Positions 7,224 to 17,158 of a stretch of DNA of 64,000 bases are shown here, in pieces (position 1 is the stretch's first letter; every line of letters begins with the position of its first letter). This DNA comes from Spirochaetae bacterium HGW-Spirochaetae-4 (lineage in GTDB: Bacteria > Spirochaetota > Spirochaetia > Sphaerochaetales > Sphaerochaetaceae), in the NCBI GenBank assembly GCA_002839335.1, contig PGXU01000005.1, forward strand, positions 28,215-92,214, written 5' to 3'. A program made the translations under genes and the position numbers. The notes below the pieces were generated by a model. It saw only the letters and a program-made list of their open reading frames with translations, ran no database searches and was not told the origin of the DNA.

Positions 7224-8741
7224 TCACTTTCTTTTCAATTTACTTCGATTATCCCACTGCAGGGATCTATTGACTGCTTCTCTCCACCCGTCGTACAGGC
7301 TTTCCCGTTGATCGACGCTTATCGTTGGCTCAAAAAGACGCTCGCGCTTCCAATGCCTACTCAATTCCTTCAGGTCACTCCAAAAGCCAATCCCCAGTCC
7401 TGCCAAGTATGCGGCTCCACGTGCAGCCATCTCCGAAACCACGGGACGTTCCACAGGGATACCTAGGATGTCAGACTGGAATTGCATCAGGAAGTCACTT
7501 TTCGAGGCACCGCCATCCACCCGTAAAGATTCGGGGGTGACTCGGGAGTCTTTCACCATCGCATCGACAACATCCCTCGTCTGATAGGCCATCGATTCCA
7601 AGGCTGCCCTGGCGATATGTTCCTGTGTAGTTCCGCGAGTTATGCCGATGAGGAGACCTCGCGCATACATATCCCAATACGGGGCACAAAGTCCCGTAAA
7701 TGCAGGAACCAGGTAAAGATCGCCGGTATCTGGAACTTTCTCGGCAAGCCGATCGCACATGGATGCGCTTTCAATTATTTTCAATCCGTCCCGCAACCAC
7801 TGCACAGCAGCACCACCAATAAAAATCACACCCTCGAATCCATACGAAGTCTTGCCATCGATATTCCAAAGCAAATCTGTGGTTAGCCCATGCTTGGAAG
7901 GAACAAAAGTCTCACCGATATTCATCATCAAGGCCAGAGCAGTACCATATGTATTCTTTGCCATTCCCTTTTCAAAACAGGTCTGCCCAAACGTAGCCGC
8001 ATGCTGGTCTCCAGCTGACCCGGAGATTGGAATTTCCTGTCCGAAAAAAACCTTGGCAGATGTTGTTGCCATATGCCCGCTATTCGGTTTCAATTCGGGG
8101 AGGATCGATGCGGGAATATCCAACATATCCAGCAACTCCTGGTCCCAAGCAAGATTGTGTACGTCAAGAAGCATTGTTCGCGAGGCATTGCTATAATCGG
8201 TTACATGGGAAGCCCCTCCACTCAGTTTCCAGATAAGATATGAATCTATTGTGCCCATGCACACACGATTCTCCCTGATTCGATCCATTATTCCGGGAAC
8301 ATTATCCAAAATCCATCGAATCTTTGTTCCAGAAAAATAGGCGTCCACCACGAGCCCGGTCTTCCTGCGGATCATTGGTTCATAACCCTTTTCTTTCAAG
8401 CTCTCGCAGATCTCCGCGCTCCTTCTACATTGCCAAACGATGGCGTTATAGTACGGTTCACCAGTAATCTTGTCCCATAATATTGTTGTTTCACGCTGGT
8501 TTGTTATTCCGATGCAGGCAATTTCCTCAATATTCGCTTTGCCTTCAGCCAAGATCTCACGGGTACAATCCAGTACTGTTTCCCAATACTCCACAGGATT
8601 GTGTTCAACCCAACCAGGATGAGGATATATCTGTTTTATTTCATGATAAGCTGTCGAATGGACTTGACCCTCATGATCGAACAAGATGACTCGGGTTCCT
8701 GTGGTTCCTTGATCGATCGCCATCACATATTTCTTTTCCAT
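7224..8741 (-). CDS. glpK: Glycerol kinase (FGGY family)
   Basis: The ATG at 8741 (RBS gggagg) gives MEKKYVMAIDQGTTGTRVILFD...IYPHPGWVEHNP...GITNQRETTILWDK.TGEPYYNAIVWQCRR.AEIC...YFSGTKIRWILDNV. This is near-collinear with E. coli GlpK as I recall it. Confidence 0.85.
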   Translation of the reverse strand: MEKKYVMAIDQGTTGTRVILFDHEGQVHSTAYHEIKQIYPHPGWVEHNPVEYWETVLDCTREILAEGKANIEEIACIGITNQRETTILWDKITGEPYYNAIVWQCRRSAEICESLKEKGYEPMIRRKTGLVVDAYFSGTKIRWILDNVPGIMDRIRENRVCMGTIDSYLIWKLSGGASHVTDYSNASRTMLLDVHNLAWDQELLDMLDIPASILPELKPNSGHMATTSAKVFFGQEIPISGSAGDQHAATFGQTCFEKGMAKNTYGTALALMMNIGETFVPSKHGLTTDLLWNIDGKTSYGFEGVIFIGGAAVQWLRDGLKIIESASMCDRLAEKVPDTGDLYLVPAFTGLCAPYWDMYARGLLIGITRGTTQEHIARAALESMAYQTRDVVDAMVKDSRVTPESLRVDGGASKSDFLMQFQSDILGIPVERPVVSEMAARGAAYLAGLGIGFWSDLKELSRHWKRERLFEPTISVDQRESLYDGWREAVNRSLQWDNRSKLKRK

Positions 8742-8868
8742 CAATTCCTCCCGAATACAATCCAAAAATTTCCATCCATAGCATGAACAGGGCTTATGCC
8801 TACTAGAAAAAACGCGGATGTCGGCTTCTTACCAGCCCAGACACCCACGTTATAAAACTCATTCCCGC

Positions 8869-10257
8869 TTAAACTTTCTCGTATGCGATTTTTAGCATGT
8901 CACACAACATTTCCCACCTTCTTCCATGAGTCCCCAAAGTAAGGGTCTGGTGGTGGGTTCCGCCGTATCGCATCCAATTATCCATTGCACTCCTGATACC
9001 AGTATCTGGCTTGAAATGGAAATATGTCATTGGAACATTCTTATACTCGGGTGTATCGAGAATAGATCCGTTGCAAATCACCAGACGGTAATCAACATCA
9101 TCGAGAGGAGCCAAAGAGACCAGAGTCCCAGGTCCCGGTTGGGCGCTGAAGACTACTGTCGGCGGATTATCCAATCCTCCAATCTCCAGTTCCCTGTCAA
9201 TCAATTTGATTGGACGATCTTTTCGGGCAATTTTCCAGTTTCCTTCTCCCATATGGCTCATCAATGCGGAATCCTTCTCATAATCGAGAGAATACATTTC
9301 AGTAAAATGGGCATCGCCGACAAGGGTGTGACCTGCGCCTACCAGGGCAGCAGTATGCACATCGCCTTCATTTGAATACGCATAGCCTTTGGCCATGAGA
9401 TTTGAAGCAGCCAACATGTTGATCTGTTTGAATCGTCCATCTTCAGCGAAAACGCCAAAATTTGCACTGAATCCGTTGAAGCGATTCTCAATCAGGAACC
9501 GCTCGAAAGCCAATTGCATTCTCGCCGCATATTGATGTCTTTCAAGGGTCAATTTTGGATCAACTTGGAAATTCCTCTTGTCTTCAGCAATGCTTTCCGC
9601 AATCTGTTTGTCGGTCACTTCAAGCATCAGTTTGTATATATCACCAATACCTTCAAAAAAGACCTCTGGCCCAATCATCCGATAGAATTTCTCATCATTC
9701 CCAACAATATCTCCCATCCCTTTCATTCTACCGAAAACAGCCAAACGCATTTTCTTAAGGGCGTTGTGGGTCTGGGCCGCTTTCGCCCAATCGGTGAAAA
9801 ATTCCTTGAATGCGTCGCTTTTCCAATCCTCAGTTATTATTGCTGGTTTGATTCCTGCATGTAACAACATATTTGCGGTGTCTTGTGCTCCGTGGATACC
9901 TTGGTTCGTGGTCAACCTACTCCAGTCCCAGTCGGTAGTCACCACTGGCAATGGTTGGACATTTGCGAGCATCACAGGAAGCCTGTTCTCCTTCAATGCT
10001 CCTATCAACGTAAAGCCTGGACTATATAGAAGCATAATAATCATGATGCCATCATATCCACCGTTATTATATTCCGCGACAGTCTCTTCAATCTGGGTTC
10101 TGGTTTTTGCTGCTTTCTTGAAAGTGATATCGGCTCTATCAGAAAGTTTCCCAATTACCTCTCTAGCAAATTTTTCCTGTTGAGCAGTAATTTCCGGTTG
10201 CTTTTCATCGTAAAGTCCATGCATGATTCCCAATAGTCCAATTTTTGGCTTTTTCAT
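8869..10257 (-). CDS. L-arabinose isomerase-family sugar isomerase (AraA-like; substrate unknown)
   Basis: A 462-aa protein with AraA-like layout: N-terminal IGLLG...LYDE, then NEGDVHTAAL, SHMGEGN and GGTHHQTLTLG, matching the EGDWKTAAL / SHMLE / GGAHHTV blocks of AraA. It is shorter than E. coli AraA. Confidence 0.7.
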   Translation of the reverse strand: MKKPKIGLLGIMHGLYDEKQPEITAQQEKFAREVIGKLSDRADITFKKAAKTRTQIEETVAEYNNGGYDGIMIIMLLYSPGFTLIGALKENRLPVMLANVQPLPVVTTDWDWSRLTTNQGIHGAQDTANMLLHAGIKPAIITEDWKSDAFKEFFTDWAKAAQTHNALKKMRLAVFGRMKGMGDIVGNDEKFYRMIGPEVFFEGIGDIYKLMLEVTDKQIAESIAEDKRNFQVDPKLTLERHQYAARMQLAFERFLIENRFNGFSANFGVFAEDGRFKQINMLAASNLMAKGYAYSNEGDVHTAALVGAGHTLVGDAHFTEMYSLDYEKDSALMSHMGEGNWKIARKDRPIKLIDRELEIGGLDNPPTVVFSAQPGPGTLVSLAPLDDVDYRLVICNGSILDTPEYKNVPMTYFHFKPDTGIRSAMDNWMRYGGTHHQTLTLGTHGRRWEMLCDMLKIAYEKV

Positions 10258-10270
10258 AATCCTCTCCTTA

Positions 10271-11488
10271 TTAAGATTTCTTTTGTTCCGGGTATTTTGG
10301 AATGAATGGAATGACCGAATTGTTTATATCCGGTCCAAAGAATTTTAGAATCACCAAGTCGGTATCGCCAGTATTTTCGTACAAGACTCCCTTGCGAGCT
10401 TTGTCGTCGACAACCAGCAACTCATCTTTCCCGAAATTCTGCCCTTCGACCAATAGATCATCAGCCTTACCGCGACCTTTCCAAACAAGAATATTATAGA
10501 CTCCCATATCTTTGCTTAACACCTTCTTATGGGGTTTGACTACCAATTTTTTTCCACTGAAGCGGGTGGTATTATAGTAAATCCAGTATTCCTGACTCTC
10601 CTCGGTCGCCGTCTCTTCAATCAAGATTGGGGGAGTATGACGATTTTCATAGAAATACGGATCCCCATTGATGTCCCAATTGAGCTGGTCCAAAACAGCC
10701 TTCTCCTGTTTTTCTTGCACAACTTTCTTTTCCACATCCTTGAACAGCAACTCTTTGGAAATTTGCTTCCCCTCAACATTGGATTGGAAAACCGACATGA
10801 CATCCGAAGGTTCCTGCAATTCAATCGTTAGGGCAGAACCCGGAGCATGCAATACACCAGCTGGTAGATGGAAACCCTCGCCAGGAACGTTCAAATATGC
10901 CCTCGAATGCTGGAGTATCAATTCGCTATCCCACTCCTTGAGACAAGGCAGCAATATCTCATATTGCTTGTTCTGCTCCACAATATATGGATGCACACCG
11001 AAGAATGTCTCTGGATGTGGTCCCAAATCAACGCCTTCCGGATAATAGTACGCTTCTTCCTTCGAGGTAGCTCCAACTTTTGACGCTTCCTCTTGTGTTT
11101 GATGAAAATGGTAAAATATCCTTCCCTTGTAGTCATAGATCTTGGCAAGCCTGAGGAGGTTCTTGTGGTTTTTTGCATATTCAGCTCCCAAGATCTCCGT
11201 CTTTGCAGCCTGAACCGCATCCCGAAGCAAAATATCATGACCGGGGATATCCAACAGCGACAACCCTTCGTTTTCGAATTTCACCTCGTTGTCAACTTCT
11301 GTCTCCGAGCCCAACCACCTTTCACATATGAAACCCCGTTTACCCACAGGGTATTCATGTTCCTTCAGCCCCAACCGCTTTCCCGGTTCGAGAAATGTCC
11401 TGGCTACCCAGCTTGGTCGCATCCGCAACAAACCATCGTGGGTCTTCACTGCTTCCTTTACTATGCGAAAAATCTCTGATTGTTCCAT
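10271..11488 (-). CDS. Uncharacterised 405-aa protein, possibly a cupin/PMI-like sugar isomerase
   Basis: A long ORF co-directional with and tightly spaced between the isomerase and DUF4432 genes. The only hints are weak and by eye (ERWLGSETEV, a HAPGSAL-type His segment), suggesting type I phosphomannose-isomerase-like cupins. Function unassigned. Confidence 0.6.
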   Translation of the reverse strand: MEQSEIFRIVKEAVKTHDGLLRMRPSWVARTFLEPGKRLGLKEHEYPVGKRGFICERWLGSETEVDNEVKFENEGLSLLDIPGHDILLRDAVQAAKTEILGAEYAKNHKNLLRLAKIYDYKGRIFYHFHQTQEEASKVGATSKEEAYYYPEGVDLGPHPETFFGVHPYIVEQNKQYEILLPCLKEWDSELILQHSRAYLNVPGEGFHLPAGVLHAPGSALTIELQEPSDVMSVFQSNVEGKQISKELLFKDVEKKVVQEKQEKAVLDQLNWDINGDPYFYENRHTPPILIEETATEESQEYWIYYNTTRFSGKKLVVKPHKKVLSKDMGVYNILVWKGRGKADDLLVEGQNFGKDELLVVDDKARKGVLYENTGDTDLVILKFFGPDINNSVIPFIPKYPEQKKS

Positions 11489-11510
11489 TACAAACCTCCG
11501 TATAAGGTAC

Positions 11511-12605
11511 TTACGAGTTCCTCAATGACTTGGCATACACATCCAGTCCCTTAATCTTGTCGATTGAATCCAAAACTTCGAATTCGATTGTTACATTGTA
11601 CACTTCTTGTGGATCCAGCATCGGTAGGAGTTTGTTTTCACGTGCTTTTGCCCTACCTATCGGGTTGACTGTACCAGGTTCCAGACCACAAACATAACAG
11701 CCTTTCCCGGGCATTTTCCATTCGGTCAATTGTGGCAATTCATTACGATTGTAACGCAACATGATTGCCAGGGGGTTACCCTGAATATCTGGATTGACCA
11801 ATGCCACAAAAGTCTTGCCGTCGGATTCAGCGCCAACGGAATGGAAAAACACTTTTTCCTTATATCCTTGGATCGGCTTGGGATATTCAAAACACTCGGA
11901 AACACCATTGTCCACTTCCGACTGCTTATCTCGAGGCGTCGTAGTCTTGCTTGGGATTACAATTCTTGATTTCTCCGAAAGCAACGGGAACCCAAAATTG
12001 AAATGATACAACATCATAAGCGGTTGTGGCTCAAAACCACGGTTCTCAATCGCATCCTCAATACGTATCGTACTGGACCCAAGTCTTGTCGATATCGTTC
12101 GGGTCAAAGTCAAGTTTTCACCCATCACAAAGGCTTCTCGCATTCTTCCTGAAATCGAGATACTGTATTCGTCCCCAATCCACTTTTGAGAAACTGAAAC
12201 ATCTTCTGCCCCGGCGTTTCCTATCCGCCCATGGAGACCAAATGCATTTCCATTGTCTATGGAGGGTGCTCCACTATTGGTGATACCACATGTGGAAAGT
12301 AGTCCCCCAAAGAACGTCCTCAACCAATTCAACCCCGGCTCTTCATAATAACCAGGGGAAGTCATACCAGTCGCAGAGGTGAATTGCAGGGGAATACCCT
12401 TAAAGCTGCATCCATAGATATCCAAGGCTCTTCCAGGAATCACTTGAAATGCTAGGCCGCTTCCCGTATACACATCAACACCTTGAACGCCTGCTGCTTT
12501 TCCATCATTGAATACAAAAGGACTGGCACCAGCTATAGCCGATTCATCCGAAATATAGGCTCTAAGACCTTCCCTGGTCCAAATTTTTCCCAAATAGTCT
12601 GCCAT
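11511..12605 (-). CDS. Aldose-1-epimerase-fold protein (DUF4432 family)
   Basis: GLNWLRTFFGGLLSTCGITNSG, FGLHGRIGNAGAEDV and MMLYHFNFGFPLL match my recollection of DUF4432 / galactose-mutarotase-like proteins. Confidence 0.7.
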   Translation of the reverse strand: MADYLGKIWTREGLRAYISDESAIAGASPFVFNDGKAAGVQGVDVYTGSGLAFQVIPGRALDIYGCSFKGIPLQFTSATGMTSPGYYEEPGLNWLRTFFGGLLSTCGITNSGAPSIDNGNAFGLHGRIGNAGAEDVSVSQKWIGDEYSISISGRMREAFVMGENLTLTRTISTRLGSSTIRIEDAIENRGFEPQPLMMLYHFNFGFPLLSEKSRIVIPSKTTTPRDKQSEVDNGVSECFEYPKPIQGYKEKVFFHSVGAESDGKTFVALVNPDIQGNPLAIMLRYNRNELPQLTEWKMPGKGCYVCGLEPGTVNPIGRAKARENKLLPMLDPQEVYNVTIEFEVLDSIDKIKGLDVYAKSLRNS

Positions 12606-12627
12606 TGTCTTCTCCTTTTTGCATTAT

Positions 12628-13716
12628 TCAAGTTTCTGCTTGTTTGGATTTTTCCAGTGCCTTTTGGGCAAGGATCATAGATTCACGCACTTTTCTTTGG
12701 GCAGCGATCATCCGTACGACTTCATCCGCGGCGACACCAATTAGAATGACAAGCCCTAGTACTACTTGTTCCAATTGGGTCGACACACCTGCTACATTGA
12801 TCGCGTTGTATAAGACACGAACAATTGCCGTTCCAAGAATCACGCCTAGGATAGAGCCGTCCCCACCTCTCAGACTCACACCTCCAACAACACAACCGGC
12901 AATGGCATACAACTCATACATGTTTCCCATTGAAGAAGGCTGAACGGTGTTCAAATCGAGGGAAAATAGCAATCCCCCAAGTCCTGCAAGTGTTGAACTG
13001 ATTACGTAGGCAATTATCAAAACATTATCAGTGTGGATTCCACTGAACCGGGAAGCACATTCATTTCTTCCTGTAGCTTTTAGATGTTGCCCATATATTG
13101 TTTTATTTAAAACAATAGCCATCAGCACGGCTATAGCCAACAACAATATGAACGGCATTGGAATCGACCAATTGAGGATAAACTTGGGAGCCTGCCCATC
13201 TGTCCAGAAAGCTGAGGGGAGACGTCCACTTGCAAGAAACCGTACACTCTGGAATCCAGTCCCATACCCCTGTGTCCGATCGTCCATTAGATAACGTGCC
13301 AGGCCACGATATACGAACAGACCGCAAAGTGTCACAACGAAGGCTTGCATGTGAATCTTGGTAATGAGCAACCCATGAATCAATCCTATGGTTGCAGACA
13401 ACACGATGATAAAAATCAACACAACCCAAACAGGCCATTGCGCATGAACCATCAGATAGGCGGCAATCGACCCGATAAGTCCTACAACAGAGCCAATGGA
13501 CAGGTCGATGCCTCCTGTGATAACAACAAAGGCCGCCCCAAGGCTCAACAATCCAAAAAGGCCTGTCCAACGAAGAATATTCCTTATATTATATGAACTT
13601 AAAAATTGTGGATTGATTATTGCGGTAACCAATATAATCAGGGATAGTAGAAAAGTTATCCCTCCTATCCGCTTCATACTGCGAATGTACTCAATCATTC
13701 TGTTGTTTTTATTCAT
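12628..13716 (-). CDS. Sugar ABC transporter permease (RbsC/AraH-like)
   Basis: A 362-aa polytopic hydrophobic protein with GGIDLSIGSV and VVGGVSLRGG motifs. Its start overlaps the ATPase stop by 4 nt. Confidence 0.85.
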   Translation of the reverse strand: MNKNNRMIEYIRSMKRIGGITFLLSLIILVTAIINPQFLSSYNIRNILRWTGLFGLLSLGAAFVVITGGIDLSIGSVVGLIGSIAAYLMVHAQWPVWVVLIFIIVLSATIGLIHGLLITKIHMQAFVVTLCGLFVYRGLARYLMDDRTQGYGTGFQSVRFLASGRLPSAFWTDGQAPKFILNWSIPMPFILLLAIAVLMAIVLNKTIYGQHLKATGRNECASRFSGIHTDNVLIIAYVISSTLAGLGGLLFSLDLNTVQPSSMGNMYELYAIAGCVVGGVSLRGGDGSILGVILGTAIVRVLYNAINVAGVSTQLEQVVLGLVILIGVAADEVVRMIAAQRKVRESMILAQKALEKSKQAET

Positions 13717-15272
13717 ACTAAACGCTCCGTTGCTAATTTCATGATATCTTCCTCGCTGCAGGACGCGGGATCCAACTCTCCTGTTATCCGTCCCTCACAC
13801 ATCACGACTATCCTATCGGCGATACCGAGTACTTCCTGCAATTCACTGGAAGCTACAAGAATCGCCACACCCAATTGAGCCAGGTCTTCAAGTAATTTAT
13901 ATATTTCAGCCTTTGCACCAACATCAATTCCACGAGTAGGTTCATCGAGTAATAATAACGTTGGATTCATAGCAAGCCATTTTGCCAAGACTACCTTCTG
14001 CTGATTTCCTCCTGAAAGGGATTCTGCGAATTGGGTTGTCTTAAATAGCCGAATATCAAGTTTTTGAACCATCCTTTCAGCCAATTCAGCTACTTTCCTC
14101 TTTTCGATAAATCCTTTCTTGGACAAATTGTCACATAATCCCGGAAGTGCAATATTGTTATCCACCTCCATATTTACAACAAGTCCATTCAATTTCCTGT
14201 CTTCTGGTACCAAAACCATACCCGCATGGATGGCATCCACAGGTTTTTTGATTGTCACCTCTTTTCCATCCAATAAAATCCGTCCACCCCAACTTTTATC
14301 TACTCCGAAAATTGTATGCAACAATTCAGATCGGCCTGCACCGATTAGCCCGGAGAGGACAACTATCTCACCCCCCCGTACGGACAGATTTACGGGAAAC
14401 CGGGCTTGCTTCGGAACAATCAAGTCCTCCAATTGCAGCCGCACCTTATCCGTCACCAGATGTCGTTTTTCATACATCTTCTCTATGTCACGACCAACCA
14501 TCAATCGTATCATCTTGTCACGATCAATCTCGTTTTTGTTGAGTGAACCGGATAGCTTCCCATCACGCAAGACGATTACCCTGTCGGCGACTTCCTTGAC
14601 TTCACCTAGCCGGTGGGAAATGTAAATGCAACTAATGCCATTTTGATTCAAATCTCTTATCACTTTAAACAATTGTTCCGTCTCATGTTCTGAAAGACTA
14701 CTGGTGGGTTCATCAAACATCACCACTTTCGCATTGATAGACAGTGCCTTGGAGATTTCAACCAATTGCTGAGAGCTAATTGGCAATTCCTTGAGAATTA
14801 TCGAAGGGTTCAAATGGAGACCAACCCTATTCAGCACCTCAGTGGCATCATTATTCATCTTATCAAAATCGATAACCTTCTTGAGATGTCGATACCTTGG
14901 TTCCCTTCCAAGAAAGACGTTCCCTGCAATGGACAAATTGTCACACAGGTTCAACTCCTGGTGGACCAACGCTACACCAAATTGGGTGGCTCTCTCCACC
15001 GATCCAATGGAAACAGCATTTCCCTCTATGATTATTTCTCCCGCATCAGGTACATATACCCCTGCAAGTATTTTCATCATAGTACTCTTGCCTGCTCCAT
15101 TCTCACCTACCAAAGCAAGTGTCTCTCCTACCTTGAGGTTGAAACTTACATCGTTTAGAGCTCGCACACCCGGAAACGATTTTGAAATATTCTTCACTTC
15201 AAGCACATATTCCTCTGGTAGATCGTGCCCTATCGACGATGGCTTTTCTTCGTTTTTCATAATTTTTTCCAT
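13713..15272 (-). CDS. Sugar ABC transporter ATP-binding protein with duplicated ATPase (RbsA/MglA-like)
   Basis: Has two Walker A motifs (GENGAGKST, GLIGAGRSE), two LSGG-type signatures (ISSQQ.., LSGGNQQK) and Walker B motifs (VMFDEPT, LLLDEPT). I prefer the ATG at 15272; the ORF-track TTG start at 15350 has no RBS. Confidence 0.85.
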   Translation of the reverse strand: MEKIMKNEEKPSSIGHDLPEEYVLEVKNISKSFPGVRALNDVSFNLKVGETLALVGENGAGKSTMMKILAGVYVPDAGEIIIEGNAVSIGSVERATQFGVALVHQELNLCDNLSIAGNVFLGREPRYRHLKKVIDFDKMNNDATEVLNRVGLHLNPSIILKELPISSQQLVEISKALSINAKVVMFDEPTSSLSEHETEQLFKVIRDLNQNGISCIYISHRLGEVKEVADRVIVLRDGKLSGSLNKNEIDRDKMIRLMVGRDIEKMYEKRHLVTDKVRLQLEDLIVPKQARFPVNLSVRGGEIVVLSGLIGAGRSELLHTIFGVDKSWGGRILLDGKEVTIKKPVDAIHAGMVLVPEDRKLNGLVVNMEVDNNIALPGLCDNLSKKGFIEKRKVAELAERMVQKLDIRLFKTTQFAESLSGGNQQKVVLAKWLAMNPTLLLLDEPTRGIDVGAKAEIYKLLEDLAQLGVAILVASSELQEVLGIADRIVVMCEGRITGELDPASCSEEDIMKLATERLV

Positions 15273-15443
15273 ATCAACCACAATCAGCCCACCCTTCTTT
15301 GAGTCCAACAAACAGTTGAATAATTCGATAGTATTCGTAGTCGGTACCAATGCATCCGGTCTTTTAAAAACCGGTCAGAGTGAGCCCCGACCGGTTTCTA
15401 TACATCGAATTACATTCCTTCGCTCACGATTTGGCCTATGAAA

Positions 15444-16505
15444 CTATTTGGTTGCTTCAAGATACTTGTTACCATCGGAAAGCTGGGCCTTGTATTTTCC
15501 CCAAACTTCATCAATGTTTTGTCCGGTGATCTTTAGTGCCGGGACATCGATCAACTTGTCGGCGGGGATGGAAACCGCTTCACCGCGTGCTTTCTTCGCC
15601 AATATTTCTATGGTTCTGACAGCATAGGTAAAGGGATCCTGGCCGAGAGCCGCATACGCGTTTCCGTCTTTAACTGCCTGCAACAACTCATTCTCCATGT
15701 CAAACCCGATTATCTTCATCTTTCCAAGAAGTCCAGCATCGGCAACGGCACTGATAATCGCTGGAGAACTATAACTCCACATGCCAACCATCAAATCCAT
15801 TTGCGGGAACTTCAAGATCGCATCTTCAGAGTTGGACTTGGCTTTGGACTGATCGCCACCATCTGTTCTCGTTTCAAGCAAGGTCCATTTTCCTCCACCC
15901 AATTTCAGGTTTGGAGTGTTGGGAGTCATTTTGCCGGGATATTGTGCAACGTACGGTTCGCCATTCAATTCATCGATCATTCCCTGACGTCGTTCGATTG
16001 CATTCTGTGCATCCAGGCGTCCAACAATAATCATGAACTCGCCACCATTCGGAAGCACTTCCGTAACAGCTTGTCCAGCCATTCTTCCTGCAGCATAGTT
16101 GCTCATACCGACGTATGCCAATCTATTGCTATTCGGTGCATCGCTGTCAAACATCACCATTGGTACAGTTTCCATAATCTCATTCAAAAATGGTGTTACA
16201 TTATCCGGATCGGTTACACTGATACCAATACCATCCACACCCCTGGTGACCAACGACTCGATGAATCGCTTTTGCTCTTCAGGAAGACCATTTGGAGGAA
16301 GCAAGAATTCAACATCGATATCCAGATCCTTCTTCAGAATCTCAACTGCCGCCGCAGAATATGTCCAAAATTCGTAGGGTCCATTGGTGATAAATCCAAT
16401 CAATGGCTTTTCAGCGACAGCCTCTTTCTGTGCCCCTGCAGAAACTGTAAAAACAGATACAACAAGAAGCAAAACCATGAAAACTACAAACAATCTTGAC
16501 TTCAT
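15444..16505 (-). CDS. Periplasmic sugar-binding protein (RbsB-type) of the ABC importer
   Basis: Has an N-terminal signal peptide (MKSRLFVVFMVLLLVVSVFTVSAGA) and a periplasmic-binding-protein type I pattern. It is the first gene of the transporter operon. Confidence 0.8.
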   Translation of the reverse strand: MKSRLFVVFMVLLLVVSVFTVSAGAQKEAVAEKPLIGFITNGPYEFWTYSAAAVEILKKDLDIDVEFLLPPNGLPEEQKRFIESLVTRGVDGIGISVTDPDNVTPFLNEIMETVPMVMFDSDAPNSNRLAYVGMSNYAAGRMAGQAVTEVLPNGGEFMIIVGRLDAQNAIERRQGMIDELNGEPYVAQYPGKMTPNTPNLKLGGGKWTLLETRTDGGDQSKAKSNSEDAILKFPQMDLMVGMWSYSSPAIISAVADAGLLGKMKIIGFDMENELLQAVKDGNAYAALGQDPFTYAVRTIEILAKKARGEAVSIPADKLIDVPALKITGQNIDEVWGKYKAQLSDGNKYLEATK

Positions 16506-16573
16506 ACGTACAACCTCCTTATCGGTTTACTCAGTCATGTTAGAAACCGTCACACGATCTGTGACATATGTTC

Positions 16574-16602
16574 ATTATCAATCAAGGAAATACCGTTGTC
16601 AA
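16574..16602 (-). promoter_or_regulatory. Sigma70-type promoter of the ABC transporter operon
   Basis: The minus strand reads TTGACA-N17-GATAAT, ~70 nt upstream of the ATG at 16505. Confidence 0.6.
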
Positions 16603-16902
16603 CATTTTTATGAGAATTTGACAACATTTTGCCAGCATCACCAATTTATGCCATTTTCCTATGAAAATACTTAATAAGTATATTTAATGTAAATATTTAT
16701 AATAATTTCTATTCATGAATATGTATTGATAAATTAATACTGTATGTTATTTTTCAAACATTTTGAATCATTCCCAAGCAGATTTTTTCATAATTTCCCA
16801 ATGATGTATGCCTCTTGGAGACTGTTCCGGCAACTCCTCTTTGTAATTAGGATTCCACGAACATCAATCAGTGTATCGGGGATTCACTTTGGTAGGCTCC
16901 GT

Positions 16903-16990
16903 GGGAATGAATGATATCGATACCCCCAGGGCAAGCCCCGGACCCAGAAAGCGAGGTATGGGTCCTCACGTTGCCTTCACTCGCTCGGGA
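16903..16990 (+). repeat. GC-rich intergenic repeat family, copy 1 (shortened)
   Basis: GGGAATGAATGATATCGATACCCCCAGGGCAAGCCCC...CACGTTGCCTTCACTCGCTCGGGA shares both ends with copies at 24741, 35587 and 55013. The central part is replaced or deleted. Confidence 0.7.
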
Positions 16991-17158
16991 ATAAACAATG
17001 TATAATGATGCATGGCACTGCGAGCATCACATTTTCCTGTCACCAGGATAAAAAATCTACTGACAGGAAAAGCGTGCTGATATGGGCAAAGAGCTACAAG
17101 CCTATCCATAAAAAGTAATTAACCCTGCATCCATTCATTGGCTGTGAAAATTGACCCC

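Noticed and set aside
8766-8868. A possible terminator or attenuator hairpin between the AraA-like gene and glpK (imperfect stem followed by GCGTTTTTTC on the minus strand).
   Set aside because: By eye the stem is short and interrupted, so I cannot support it without a folding calculation.
16596-16624. Recurrent TGTCAA / TTGTCAACA motifs in the 7.1-kb, 16.6-kb and 18.2-kb intergenic regions. I first read these as a shared repressor operator.
   Set aside because: On the coding (minus) strand they are simply TTGACA -35 hexamers with correctly spaced -10 boxes. The separate TTGTAACA/TGTTACAA deo-operator-like motif is kept as a finding.
17032-17071. An 11-bp-stem hairpin considered as the terminator of the Zn-ADH gene.
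   Set aside because: No U-tract follows the stem on either strand (T-run before, A-run after), and the loop is 18 nt. It is kept only as an unexplained structure.
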